Part shown: positions 12,395-25,080 of the stretch, piece after piece
Numbering within the stretch: the first letter of the stretch is position 1
Layout of the letters: each line of letters starts with the position of its first letter
DNA from: Tricharina praecox
Taxonomy: Eukaryota
Length of the DNA: 64,000 bases
Reading direction: 5' to 3'
Assembly: GCF_024521635.1 (NCBI RefSeq)
Contig: NW_026250403.1
Coordinates: 1,860,001 to 1,924,000 of the forward strand
Program-made: the position numbers and the translations under genes
The notes under the pieces: generated by a model
What the model saw: the letters and a program-made list of their open reading frames with translations, nothing else
Databases searched by the model: none
What the model was told of the DNA's origin: nothing

Positions 12395-12406
12395 TGTCAC
12401 GTGACA
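12395..12406. promoter_or_regulatory. bHLH/Cbf1-type site TGTCACGTGACA upstream of the Sds3-like gene
   Basis: Perfect 12-bp palindrome containing RTCACGTG, ~510 bp before ATG 12918. Confidence 0.45.
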
Positions 12407-12917
12407 ATCCGCACCCAAATATACACTACTCTTGCCAAAGCAAGCATTTATCGTTTTCTGTCCTCTTCAAAGTTTATCTCCATCCATATGAGGCCTTCAA
12501 ATCCTTATCTTGTACATTGTGCAATGATTGTGCGTGAGTGATTTGGCTTGGCGAGGTGTCATGGGCCTGCTCGTAGTGTCTCTGGTCGCACTCTACTCTC
12601 CCCGAAACCCACAAAATCCCCACCCTTCTCCGCTTGCTCATCTTGCTCCTCGGCACGCCTCGCCTTCTAATTCCACACCCTTTTCCGACCCTTCCCCTCC
12701 TCTGACTCCGTTCCACTTCTCACGCATCTCTACTGCCCGCTCCTTCCGCACCACAGCCCGGGAGGTCTCCTCGGCAGTATTTCTCCCGTCCTTTCGGCCT
12801 CACCGCACGCACTCCTCTGTGCCTGGCCATCCTCACAACTCCGATCGACGGCCACCTGCGCGGCCATCCATCGACCGTCCTTTCTCCCTACATTCTCCCT
12901 CGCCCAGATACACAGCA

Positions 12918-14583
12918 ATGGCGTCACCCTCACCCACGCCCCCCTCGCTGTCGCCGACGCCGCACCCGACCCATCTGCACCCTCCTCCGCAGCCCCAGAG
13001 CAAGCGGGATAAGCGTCGCAATGCCCTCTCCGACAAGTTGAACTTGCTCACCAAGAGTTTCCATAATCCCACGAATCCGAGAGTCCGCGAGCAGCATTAC
13101 CGGGCCCAGATCGCTTCGCTTCAGGTCGACATGCAGCTGATCCAGCGAGCTGACATTTCGGGACGTGACATGCGCCTGATGGACGACTCCTGTGAAGCCA
13201 TCCAGAGGGAGGTCGATGAAGTCCTTGCCACCATGGGTGTGCGGGGCTCGGATGTGAATTCTGAAGGAATCCAGGGCCGTTGGTATTCCGACTTCTTGCG
13301 TGATGTGAACGACAGCATGGAGGAGAGGGACACCCAGTTGTCTTTGCTATTCGTGTGTAACCCCCCTCCCCTTCGCTGTTACCGCCGCCGCCATCTTATT
13401 TTTCTCTGCTTCACCCTGCTGATGCAACCGTCCAATAAATCAGAACTCGCATCGTACGAAAGCCGCATCGCTCGCCGCGCAACATACTCGGTCGCTTATC
13501 CATGCACGCGAAGAACACCGATCTCTCGCTGCGACCATCACCCAGCGTCTCTCGCAACGACTTAAGGCACAGCTGAAGAAACTTGCCGCCGAAAAAGAAT
13601 CGTCGTCGGCATCGGCCAATGCGCTTTCTTCCCTTTCGATCGGTGCCAGTCTCACGGACATCGCCGAGGCCACTGCGCTCCATCTGCATCCTTCGCACTA
13701 TAGTTTGGGCGGTGGAATCGGTTCGCCCAGACGGCATGGCGTTATTCCGTATGACGACGAAACCGAGAAGGAAATTTCGACGAGGCGCAAGCCGCGTCGC
13801 CGCGTGGGCGAGGTCGAAGAGCTCATGGCGTTCGGCGCTGGAATGAACTTCGACTCCCCCAATACCAATGGCAAGCGAAAGCGTCGAGGTGCAGCTGCCG
13901 AGATGGTGTCCGAGGACATGCCGACGCCGCCACCATTCTCAAATCCGTTCGAGCCGCCTTCGCCGTCCGCGGCCAATCCTGTGCCTGAGTCAGCTGAATC
14001 GGGAGAAGAAACAAAGAGGAAGCAAGAGGAAATAATGAAGCAGATGTACAAGCCCATCTACACCATGGAGAAACTCTTCACCGACAAGGAGTTGCAGCTT
14101 CACTCCAACCAAGCGACGTTGGCCACCTTGAGGTACTTCTCCGAGAGAGCTGGTAGGGAAGAGAATGGCGAGAATGGCGTGGGTGATGACACCGACGACA
14201 CTCCTACCGGCGCCAACACACCTGTTCCCGGAGCTTCTGTGGCTGCTGGGGACGACGACGATGACCAGGAGGAGCAGCGAGGTCGTGCATTGACTCCGCT
14301 TTCCGAGCTCACACGAGGCCTTCCGGCGTTGCCCGGCTTCGGCGGTGTCAACACCAGAAGCAATCCTCCAAGGAATTTCGCCAGCTCTCGCGAGATGGAA
14401 AATCTCGTCTTGGGCGGTGTACCTGGAGTTGGCATGAGCTATGTGACCAAGACCGGCCTCGCGCCACCTCCGCCCGGCCTGCGCAACGACGATGCCGAAG
14501 CAGATCTTGCATTCCTCCGGAAAGGCGCCGAGAAGCGGAGCAGTGCCGGGGCCGAGGGATCGAAACGCCAAAAGAGGGGATGA
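12918..14583 (+). CDS. Sds3-like subunit of the Sin3/Rpd3L histone deacetylase complex, ~524 aa (exons 12918-13352, 13444-14583)
   Basis: SKRDKRRNALSDKL...REQHYRAQIASLQVDMQLI and EEHRSLAATITQRL coiled coils, YTMEKLFTDKEL motif. Intron 13353-13443 (GTGTGT...GCTGAT...CAG) joins the two ORFs in frame. Confidence 0.8.
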
Positions 14584-14985
14584 TACTTAGATGCATTTTT
14601 TTCCTTCCCTTCCTTCCGAGCCGATAATGATAGATTTCCCCTTTGCGTCCGTACAAATCATGGTTGTGATTTTTGTTTTGTAAGATCCCCGGGACTCCTT
14701 TGCTTTCCTTTTCTTTGCTTGCTTTCCTTTTTTTCCGTTCATTGTTGCGGCAGCATCTTTTCCTCACTTCGTGTTTTGTCATGTCTCGCGCGGTTCGGTT
14801 CGGCTTTGATTCCATTAGGAGGGGCATTTGTATTTTCGGGGTTTGTATCTGGCGAATGAAATCGGGGTCCTTCTGGTATTGTTATTTGTTTCTGTTTCCG
14901 CTTCGGTTTCCGTTTCCGTTTTCCGTTTCCTTTGATTTGATTGAAAATGGTCTGTCCTGGTGCATACGTGCGTTAGGTTCATTCA

Positions 14986-15116
14986 TTGCTTTGCTTTTAT
15001 TGCTTTGCTTTTATTGCTTTTATTGCTTTTATTGCTTTGCTTTGCTTTGCTTTGCTTTGCTTTGCTTTGCTTTGCTTTGCTTTGCTTTGCTTGATTTGCT
15101 TTGCTTGATTTGCTTT
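14986..15116. repeat. (TTTGC)n/(TTTTATTGC)n microsatellite in the probable 3' UTR of the Sds3-like gene
   Basis: Directly visible tandem array within a T-rich stretch. Confidence 0.9.
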
Positions 15117-15199
15117 CGGTGCTGGGGTGTTATTTTTTACTGTGCGCCCCGAATAGGTATCATACTCGGGCTGGGATTTCGGGCTTGTATTTAGTTAAT

Positions 15200-16335
15200 T
15201 GCGAGGGTTTCTGATGATGTTGACTGTTGTTGTTGACAGTTGTTGGGGGAGGAGGAGGAGGGGGGAGCTGTGAGGTGTGATAGTGAAGTGTGATGGTGGT
15301 GAGGTGTGATGGTGAGGGTGAGGGTGAGGGTGATGGTGAAGTTGTGGTACGGGGGAGCGCAAAAGGTTGTGGCCGAGGAAAGCTGTTGACTGGTGGGATG
15401 AGCGTGAGCGTGGACGTGAGGGTGAATGGGGTTGAAGTTGTGAGGAGATAAGGCTGAGGGTAGATGGGCGCTGAAGTCTGAAGCCTGAAGCTATGAGGAG
15501 GGATAAGGCTGGTGGGTAAGGCTGAGCGATAAGGCTGAGGTTTGCTGTGTTATTGTAAATTCGATTCAAGAAATGTAAACAGGAAAGCGGCAACAACCAC
15601 AGGTCGCATGATTACTACCGTATGATAGTAGCTCGATCGAATTGTGTTTCGTTAAAGGGGAACTATGACTCGCGGTGATTTTGAGGCCGGTTGGTGAGTG
15701 GGGAGAGTTGAGCGGGGAGAGTTGAGCGGAGGGTTGGGTGGAGAGCAATAGGGAGCCGGACTGATACCGAGCCCGCGACCAGCGGTCGGTGATAACTAGC
15801 TAGGTGGAAGCGGAAATGTCATATGCCATGATCCGTTAAGGTCGAATGAGATGATGATTAAACAAACGAAAACGATGGTAAGGCTAGTCACTGATTCTCA
15901 CTCTCGAGTTGGGTTGTCGGTCGCCGAGACGAGAGTTCGGTTAGGTGGTTCGTGTGGATGAGGCGAGCCGAGCATCGGGAGGGGTTCGCCGTTCGGGATC
16001 TTTGGATGTTCACGTGGTTAGTTAGGGTACGAAACTCTTCCGGTGAGACCCCGGTCCGGCACTACTCTACACTGGCGAGCCTCGGCTACGAGGTGTTACA
16101 GGTTCGGACACGGCGGGGGAAACGAACCCCAGTAGCGAGATTCAGAGACGGGAACATCGTCACACACCCTCTGTGCCTTCCTCCGTACACGCATTCGCTG
16201 TGGTGATCTTAGGCCTAGGAACCCGCGGTATTGCCCCCCTTGGTTTCTTCACCGGCCGCTTCGGAGAGTTGATTGATTGATTGATTGATAATTCGTGCAA
16301 CATATAACCCTAAGGTTATGGCCTGTATATAGAGG
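15200..16335 (-). mobile_element. Possible degenerate LTR-retroelement remnant
   Basis: TGTTACA LTR-like edge at 16094. On the minus strand, TATATA (~16326) is followed by (ATCA)n. Short internal repeats are present (TAAGGCTG x4 at 15449-15540; GGAGAGTTGAGCGG x2 near 15702-15729). No gag/pol motifs and no second LTR seen. Confidence 0.25.
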
Positions 16336-17268
16336 TAGGTATATTGATTTTGACAAAGATCTCCCCCCCCCCCCCCCCCAGAAACAGAAACGACAGTCGA
16401 AATCCCTCTATCCTCGTAATATTTGAAAGTGGGCCTCCAATGAAGCTCGAGTTATCCGTTGTACGCTGTAGAGTGGCGGTGCGTCATACCTAGCCCTCCT
16501 CATCTCCAAAATCTCCCCACTCGGTAGTAACCAGTCTAGTGCACACGGCATGGTGCTCGAAAGGAGTCGTCGTCTTGGGGTTTGCATATGTAGCTGTCAA
16601 GGCCGGTCCCGATGAATGGCAGCGGAACGGAATTGGATCGAAGGCGGGTTGGTAAAATGTCAAGGGGCAGGTTCGTGATGCTTGATGGCGCGGTAATCCT
16701 TATATACAAGACAAGTAACCGTATCGGGTGATATGGTCGAGTAGATGAGAGCTAGGTCATGGTGATATGGCGAGTCATGCTGGCATCCATTCATCTAAGG
16801 TACTTTGAAGAATTGGGACTTCATCTTGGTCACTTGTCTCTGTTTGGTGCACACTGTTGAGAACATGAGTGTCATATTATTCAGTTACTTGATTCATTCG
16901 CAGAACACAGCGGGTGACCAGCTAGACATACCAGACAGTAGCAAAAGCAGAAGAAAGTATGGGAATAAACAGGATTCTCGAGGCGCTCTGGAGGCGCATG
17001 ACTAATATGACAGATGTGCAAAATCTTGGACGAGTGCCGACGGTGGCTTTCTGACGAGAATCGCAACACACAGTGCACAAGGACGATTTCGATTTGTCAG
17101 CCCCAACTCTATGGTTGAGGTACACAATAGTTACAAGACTCATTCCCGAAACTCCTCAAATCTATAGGTATGTACAACGAAAGGCACTCTCCATCAATGC
17201 TTCAATTCCAAATCATCTAAAACACCGTACTCCAAGAAATCATTATTCTAACCACACCAATTTTTACA

Positions 17269-19083
17269 CTATTTCGCACTCGTGCCCGCTTTCAGAATCT
17301 CCTTCTGCTGCTTGATCCTCTCTTCCTTGCTCAGATTCGCCCAGCCGGAGATGTACACCAGCACCGCGTCCTGTTCAAACAACTGATTCTGTAGGGTAGC
17401 GACATCAAGATCGTGGACAGCGGGTTCGCCGCCCTCCTCGAGCAGCAGTGCAACGGCCGTGCCAGCCGCCTGGCCCAGCGCCATCCAGCACGGCTCCATG
17501 CGTATCGTTGAGAATCCGATGTGACTGCCGCTGACGGGGACGGGGGCGAGGACGTTTTTGATGCCTGCGGCTTTGACGGGGACGATGACGCGGTAGGGGA
17601 CGGTGTAGGGCTGGGTGGGGTAGCTCACGAATCCGTCGAGGTGGGCACGGCCTTCTTCGCGCTTCCGGACACCGTGCGAGTCGAGCGCGTAATGGCTGCT
17701 GGTGATCGAGTCGCTGTGTACAGGTGGGCGCTCGCCGTCCGCCGCGGGCGTGGCGTCGTTGGATGTGAAGATGAATTCACCGTGCATGCGGCGTCCCTCG
17801 CGGACGTACACTTGCCTTGGGAAGTAGTTGTTGTCCGTGTACTCGTCCTTTGCCAGGCCCCAAGCGGCAGTCTTGTTGCGGAACCACTCCGGGACCTCCG
17901 GGTCGTTTTGTGCAAAGTAGAATAGGCCAAGGATGTAAGACCTCAATCGCTCGGCGAAGCGGTCGCGCCAGGCCCAAGAGGCGGTGGGGTAGCCCTGGTT
18001 TTCCTCGGGCAGGTCGGTGGAGATGAAGCCAAGATGCTGGTTGTTGCCGTCCCATTTTTGGTTGGGGATCTGAGACATGCTAGAGAGACGGTCGATGCCG
18101 ACTGGCGAGCCGGGGAAGTTGGGCTGCACGTCTGGATCCCCTACGGTGCCGGGACAGAGACCTTCGGCTTGGTAGCCGGTGTGGCAGCCGGTAATGATGT
18201 CGTCAATCAGGGAGACGTATTCGGTGCGGTTGTACTTGTTTGGCTTCGGGATCTTGTAGACGATTTCTGGGTCGTTCGTCAGGGAGAGGCGGTAGTTGTA
18301 GGCCTGGATTCGGTCGTCGCCTTCGTGCGTGGTGCCTTCAGCCTCGTCGCCCTTCCAGTACTTGTAGACCACGCCGGCTCCGATCTCGCCAAATTTGGAG
18401 GCACTTTCGCGGCCGCTGAAGAAGGGGATTCGCGCGGCGTCGATGAGGTCACCTTCGTAGGTGGCGTCGATGAAGTACTACCCACTCGTCAGTACCAGAT
18501 CCTCCCACCGTTTTTATGGAAGAGAGATGTCTACCTTTCCCTCGTACCACTCGGCCGCTCCGGTATCGCGGTTGGTGACCTTGATCTTCTTGACGCACCC
18601 GTCCTCCACCTCGGCATTCTCCACCTGCGCATCGAACTGCCGGCGAACCTTGACCTCGACACCCTTATCTGCGACCTCCGCCAGGAACTCTTTCATAACC
18701 TTCTCGGCAACCTTCGGCTCGAAATGGTAACCATTCTGGGAATCCTTGACTTGCTGCGAGCTCTCTCCGTACGTGTCGACATACTGCTGCTTCACACGGC
18801 CGACAAACTCGAGGAACAATCCACCGGTCGCCGATCTTGTCGCGATATCAGTCGCGCCGAGCCCATTCGCCGGTAGTCCGCCGATGTACGACGTGCGCTC
18901 GAGAATCAAAATATTCGCGGTTGCATTCGAAACACGGGCTGCGGCAACGGCCGCCATGATCCCGCCCGGTGTGGCGCCGAGGATCACAAGATCGTACGCT
19001 CCGCTCGAAGCCGCCGCAGCAACTAGCCGAGCGGGGAAGAGAAAGAGAAAGGTCAACAGGACTGCTAGGGTTAGTAAAGCCAT
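17269..19083 (-). CDS. Secreted FAD-dependent oxidoreductase (FAD_oxidored/PF12831-like), ~585 aa (exons 19083-18535, 18477-17269)
   Basis: Signal peptide MALLTLAVLLTFLFLFPA; Rossmann motif YDLVILGATPGGIMAAVAAAR...ILERTSYIGG. FIDATYEGDL follows intron 18534-18478 (GTAGAC...ACTGAC...TAG). Also YVREGRR, YALDSH, PYTVPYR and SHIGFSTIRMEP. Confidence 0.88.
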
Positions 19084-21377
19084 TGTCAATCCCCCGAGGA
19101 GGATGTGCCGCCGTTTGATCCTTGTGAATGATGTAACTCACAGATCATTGTCGAGATCAACTGCGAGTTCATCGTCGTCGGCGTCGCCATGTGTCTTTGT
19201 GCTATTTTTAGGCGCTTATGCTGAGAATCTTCAGCCGTTCGTGGGGTTCGTAGGGCTGGTCCACTTGCAGCAGCTGAAGGGGTCTCTTTATAGGTGACAT
19301 GCAAGAACCGACGACGCAAGAGCAGACAACACAGCACTGAGAACGCAAGTGACCGACCGGAGTGATCGACGACCCTGACCATTCCACCGAGAAGCCCGGT
19401 CGCACACACCCGACTCGGTTAGGACAACCCGAGGGTGGCAGAGCATGGACCAAGGATGCCATCTTATCGTTCGTTAAGCTCTGCGGCTGAGCGACAGATG
19501 TCAGGCACAATCAACCCCCACCGACTACGCCAAGGATGATGAAGATGGTGGTGGTGATGGTGATTTGTTGATCTTCTGAAACCTGGCAATCAATGCCGCG
19601 ATACGGTACGGCAGGCTGCAAGTGCTTCGGATTCCTTCTCCTCCTGTTCACTGGGGAATTCGCAGCATACGCCTACGTGAATCTCCGAGTTCCATCAACT
19701 ATTGACAACATCGTCTGAAGTTTGCCTGTCTCGAGTCTCCACAAACCGCCAAGACACCCGTTGGTCGGAAGCTAGCAACCATTATCGCCGGTACCTAAGG
19801 CTTACAGTACTAAAATAGGGTTGTACCTTCTTCTTGCATCCCTACTTTGCGAGTCGGCAGCACTTCACGAGTGCCGCTGGGCTTCACCGGTGCCAATCAA
19901 TAATCAATATCTTCCGCTTGTCCTTTCGAGTCCGGTGAGTCCTACTCTCATGTCGGATTCCACCTGCGCCACCGCACGCGACGAGGTGCCGTGGACTCGT
20001 GCCGCCCGCACTGCAGATTTACCTCCCATCTCAACTCGATGAACTCACGCCTTCCAGTTCCAGCTTCCAGATGGCCGATCGCACCTCAGGGTATCATGCT
20101 ATGTACAGTCAGCAAAATGTCGTCTTCTATATACATACCCCGCCTACGATAGCCCAACTTTCTGGAAGCGCCCTCGACTGAGCCACCATCACTAGTTGCG
20201 GATATTAATCTAAGCGCGGTGTAAGCCCACCGTTCGCGGTACGTTCCGTCCATCCGTCCCGGATATTCAACCGCTACCGCTGGCTCCATCCTACCCGTGA
20301 TACAAAAGTTTCGGCCTCCGGTACGGAAGGGAGGATCGAGGATTAGCGGCCGTCCCGGTGAAGCTAAGTCGATCGGAACCACTGCCATACCTACTGTTAG
20401 TAGGTACTGCACATAAACCCTCAAGTACCTACGTCTTCACCGGACGATGGATACGTACCACTTGAGGTGATATGTATAAATTTACTTCGTACACTTCATA
20501 CCGCTTCCAGCTTTTCTCCAAGAATCACGCAATCTCGTCGCTCGGATATCAAACACTTTTTGTGAGAAGTCTACCGGAAATTATTGCTTCTATGCAATAC
20601 AAGCCACTAAAGGCAAACTCCTCCGATGGTCTGGCAGCCGAATGTTACTCTGCCTGCTCGAAATCATGTGGAGCATCCAATTACAGAAAGCTGGAAGCGG
20701 AAGACTGGAGTTGGGTGAGGATAAACTCTCGGAGATTGACCAGCAAGGCGCATTCTTCCAGATCCACCAGTTCTTGGAACCAGAGGACTCTCCCAAGCCC
20801 TGGAGTATCCTTAGAATCACTTCGGACCGTACAACCAGCGGTTTGATTGCGAAGGTGCCGTTGACTACTATGTGTTGTATAACTCAGAAGGCTAGGCAGT
20901 CTTGGACGGATATCATGTGAGACAGATGTCTCTCCTCTCATTTGTGCCGTCACATCGTTCTTAATCCAATTGCAAACGTGGCACCCTTCAGAGCCCAGTT
21001 GAAGGAAGTCGCAGATTGGTGCTGCCAGGAGATATATTGAGCTCATCCATGTTGGGCAGTACAGCCCGAGTGCGGTGAGTTCTGTTATCAATAACTATCG
21101 GCGATGCATCTGAAACTGATGTCTCATTTTAGGACTGCGACCTCCGAGCCGCTGCATAGACAAAGGGTGAAAGCGAAGGCGCTGCCTCCAACCTTGGCGA
21201 GCTTGAAAAGCACCCCTCGAGCTCCGTGATTGGAGGACAGGAGGATTTTCTACGGCGATAGAGGAGCAATAGGCATGTCTATCCGCATCTTGCGTATAGC
21301 CCGCGATTTCGTTGTCACCCAAGCCATCAGCACTCATCTGAAAGGATGCTCTCCGTGACCGGAGATGTCTATCTGAC

Positions 21378-21620
21378 AGAAGAAGATGTATTGGCTGATA
21401 ATTTTGTCTTATTTTTCCAGTCTCTCCGGACCGGAGGTCCTCTATGTACAGAATCTAGAGTCCCTCCCATATGTAGCATACAGACGACCATATGTAGCAT
21501 ACAGACGACGGTGCGCGCTCACACATTGCTTGTCCACATTTCTGCCGTCTGCCAACATTGCTGTGGACTATCAGAATTTCTGCGACCGTCTGGGAGACAT
21601 TCCGGACGCCCAACTCTTCC
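21378..21620 (+). repeat. Left arm of a diverged ~250-bp inverted repeat (partner 23207-23470)
   Basis: 25-nt exact match CAGTCTCTCCGGACCGGAGGTCCTC (21418-21442) to the reverse complement of 23391-23415, plus several further collinear blocks. Contains a 21-bp tandem duplication at 21468-21509. Confidence 0.85.
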
Positions 21621-23206
21621 AGCATTAGTGCGGCCGTCATCGACCGCTTCCGGACGTCCAACCTCTAACTCTCAACCTCCCTCCGTCTCTATTCCATCCG
21701 CCGTGGGTCTCAATCACCTCTCGGAGCATCCCACAATCCCCGACGGCCATCTACACCCCCCCAGCGCCCTCCGAGGCTCCGCCGCCTCTCGCCCTTAGAG
21801 TACTATTCCGAACCATGCAAAAAAGACTCACATCGAAGACTGCAGTCCGATATGTACATTCGGACATAGCTTAGCTTAAATGTGCCGAAGATTGTGCTGA
21901 GGATAGCGAACAGATGGCCCAAGTATCATCGCCAGGTGGATTGGGGTTCAGACTACCGGTAGTAGCGGAAGGTGCCTTCGTCCTAGAAGTGCTTTTTCCG
22001 CCGAATCCAATCCGCAACCAAAACAGGAAATGCGGAAGAATACATGTGCTTTTGCTCGCTTCCCTCGGGAGTAGCCGCAATCTTACCACATGGCACGGGG
22101 GCGTGTTGCCATGTGGGTACTGGCGGCTAGCTCTCCGGAAGACGGACCGGTCACCGGTATATCTATGCACCCTGGGCCGTCAGATACGTATGTGGCTCAT
22201 CTCTAGGTGTTAGGTGTTGAGTGTAGGCTAACCAGCCAATATGGCATTAGCAAAACCAGCCCCTCGGGTAGGGCTGAATCCTCAGTTAGGACAATCCTGC
22301 ACATGATGGGCCAGGGCCCACCATGTGCCAGTGGTCCAGGCTTTGTGTTGAGGGGGGGGACAAAAGAACTCTCCTAGCAGGGGGGGACACCAAAACTCGT
22401 GCCCACCACACCTTGATTTACGCGCGGTATGGTAGGCCTCGTTGTCGGTGTGGCGCAGGCTAAAACCCCCCTTTCCCCCTGCAGGCTGCCAGGCGAGTTC
22501 CTTTGCCCTCCCTCAGTACAAAACATGGGTGCTGTGCAGTGCCGCTGTCACCTGTGGGACATCCGGGCGGCTCGATAAAAATCATCACAGGATTTTATGT
22601 GTATTTCCTTAGGAATAACGAAGAACCACCAACTCATGATTCTTGCCCGGCTTTAGCCAGTTGCTGGGTATGCTCATTTGTGGTCTTCGGGAAGAATTCG
22701 CTGCTGACCTGGAACTTTAGCCTGATTTTGATGATATATCCATGGCGGTGAGTGTTTGGCTCCCTGACGATGGCCGGTGATGCGGGATAGCCGTTCGCGA
22801 TGTCAGGAGTTCCGATGTTGGTAGTCGTCGGGACAGCTGCAGCGGCGGCGGCCATGTTCTTGCGTGAATCAAGCTCGATTGCGGCAGAACTCCGAGCTCT
22901 CAGTCTCCAGTATCGTTGCTCATATGCCATCGGACGTCACTTGGCACGAATATGCCGCTCTGTAGGATGGCTGAACGATTGTTTAGCCAGATGTGCATAT
23001 GTCGATCAACAATATAGCGACAGCCATTCTTCACATGACGCCTACTCTCCCCACATGTCCAGTTCGATGTCTAGACTCTAGGCGCGTGGTGACTTTTGCC
23101 GCACCACACGCTCGGACCTAGTCATCCGGGCCTTTGTGCACGCGATCACCCAATCTCCTTGGATAACTAGCATTTGATCATTCCCAGTTTGACGATGCAG
23201 GTGACT

Positions 23207-23470
23207 GTCAGAGTTGGACGTCCGGAATGTATATGACGACGGGTCACGGCAGCAATGCTGACAGAACGGCAAGAATGCTGACTGGCGATATGATATATCA
23301 GCGAGCATCGTCTTCGGCCCGCCGAGTATTCGGGAATCGGCATATCAACGGTATGCTAGGTATATGGGAGCGAGCGAATCTGTATATAGGGAGGACCTCC
23401 GGTCCGGAGAGACTGTGGAATAATGAATCAGTGAACATTATCAGCAAATACATACCTGCATCCTCTTCTA
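23207..23470 (-). repeat. Right arm of the diverged inverted repeat (partner 21378-21620)
   Basis: The reverse complement shares ATGTATT.GCTGATAAT, the 25-nt core, CTCCCATAT...TAGCATAC, CATTGCTG and ACATTCCGGACG.CCAACTCT with the left arm. Confidence 0.85.
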
Positions 23471-24066
23471 TTTGACAGTGACGATTGCAGTATTGTTTTT
23501 GCATAAAGTATGAAAAATAGTGGGCGTCGACGTTGGCGGGCATGGCGGAGTTGACTACTGAGCGAGGAGGGGATTTTAAAATTGAGCCTAGCACCTGTGG
23601 GGTTTCTCATTCTTCCTCTTCTTGTTCTTGCTCGATCATTGTCTACCTCCTCTTTCTCCTTAGGTGTTCTCCTTCTCTCGACCCGCATCCCGGCCTAGAG
23701 AGGCATTAGTGAAAGAGCCCTCGCAAAACCACACCGGGCCGCGCACTGAAAATCGGGTTTGACAGCGGCGTGGAAACGGAGTATGTGAGTGTTTATACTA
23801 CCATGATCTACTAATTCCTCAGTGAGAAGCAGTTTTCCAGTTGGCCACCAGGCCGTACATACGTGCCTCGCAGCTGAGTATTTCTGACATAGCATATCAG
23901 GCGATACCGCAGTGTGAGATAGAAGAATCACTCCAACGCTCCGATCTAGCGAACGGTATCCCGTCGTTGTTCCTGTTCATCGTGGGGCACCTGCCACTTT
24001 ATAAGCATCGAATGCGTGTTTCCAACACGGAAAAAACCCCGTGTAGTCTAGTGGTCTAGGCTATGC

Positions 24067-24227
24067 AATCGGCGAAGGGAGTTGCGGGAAAGCTCCCGGT
24101 TTAACCCAAGTAGAAAACCTACGGATTCAGCTCTTGGAGTTTCCAAGCCACCCGCCGGGGTGGGGATGGTTTTTGTTTTTGGCATCACGGATGGAGCACG
24201 TGATATCACTCGTCAGTACCACGTGAC
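24067..24227 (+). repeat. Dispersed repeat copy A (SINE/Pol III ncRNA-like), homologous to 28197-28380
   Basis: Collinear blocks AATCGGC, GCTCTTGG, TTTCCAAGCCACCC, GATGG.TTTT, TTTTTGGCATC, GGAGCAC..GATATCACTCG and CACGTGAC. Confidence 0.8.
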
Positions 24228-24699
24228 ACGCCTTAATTACGCTTCCAACTATGGAGGTGAGAATCCAATTTACCAAAAGCCTACTGAGCCGGCTTCGCCC
24301 AAAACATTGCAATTTGTATGCTATGAGGAAAAAGGGCTGATTCACAGGCAGAAGCCTGGATTACCAGTGTAAATGAGCCGCACTTTGTGCTCATAGCCAG
24401 TTTACGTGCAGACTCGCATTTACTTAAATCCCGCTTGCCGCATGCCTTGTACCCTAGGGGGAAACGACAGTGTCGTCAACTCAATCATAGTTCCAAGCTC
24501 GGTCAGTTTCTGACCAACTTTGGGATGTCTCAATACTGATTCAACCTCTGATTTTCTTCTATGCATACCATCTTAATAGCATTCTGTACTAATTTACATA
24601 CCATTCCATACCTCAAGCACATCACATATGTGCTCACTGCAATTTTGGTTACATACGATGGCTGGTACGAGAGTGACACCAGGTGAGGCAACTTGCTAT

Positions 24700-24909
24700 G
24701 TCACGTGCCAGTCATCGGACACTTGTGTTGGCTGCATTAATGCATGGACCTGAAGCACACGCCTTTAACCATTTCCCAAATCATTAAAGAATTGAATCTA
24801 AAAATTTCTCAAGCTTATCAGAATCAAATAAATCGGGCTCGGGTTGCTCAGCAACCCCGCTGTGCCAAGCGCCAATTGGAACCACTGGATGGTCATCGTC
24901 GGTCACGTG
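24700..24909. promoter_or_regulatory. GTCACGTG sites (24700, 24902) and CCAAT (~24871) in the complex I gene promoter
   Basis: Motif matches within 400 bp of ATG 25081. Function is inferred. Confidence 0.4.
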
Positions 24910-25080
24910 ATAGTGGAGACATGGTGCACCTCTCTCCTCCGCTTCGCGGGCAATCAACGACGTCAGGAATCCCGCACCATCCGACGCCACCACCCACATC
25001 CTTCAAAGGCTTCACGCCTGCCTCTCATCGTTTCCCAATCTCCACTCGAGTTCCTTTCCGCATCGCGAACACGCATCGCA

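Noticed and set aside
14673..15194. Hydrophobic 173-aa 'membrane protein' ORF
   Set aside because: Translation of the T-rich 3' UTR and the (TTTGC)n microsatellite.
24036..24115. Intact tRNA gene
   Set aside because: A D-arm-like segment is present, but the T-arm and acceptor stem do not pair. Reported only as a tRNA-like repeat.
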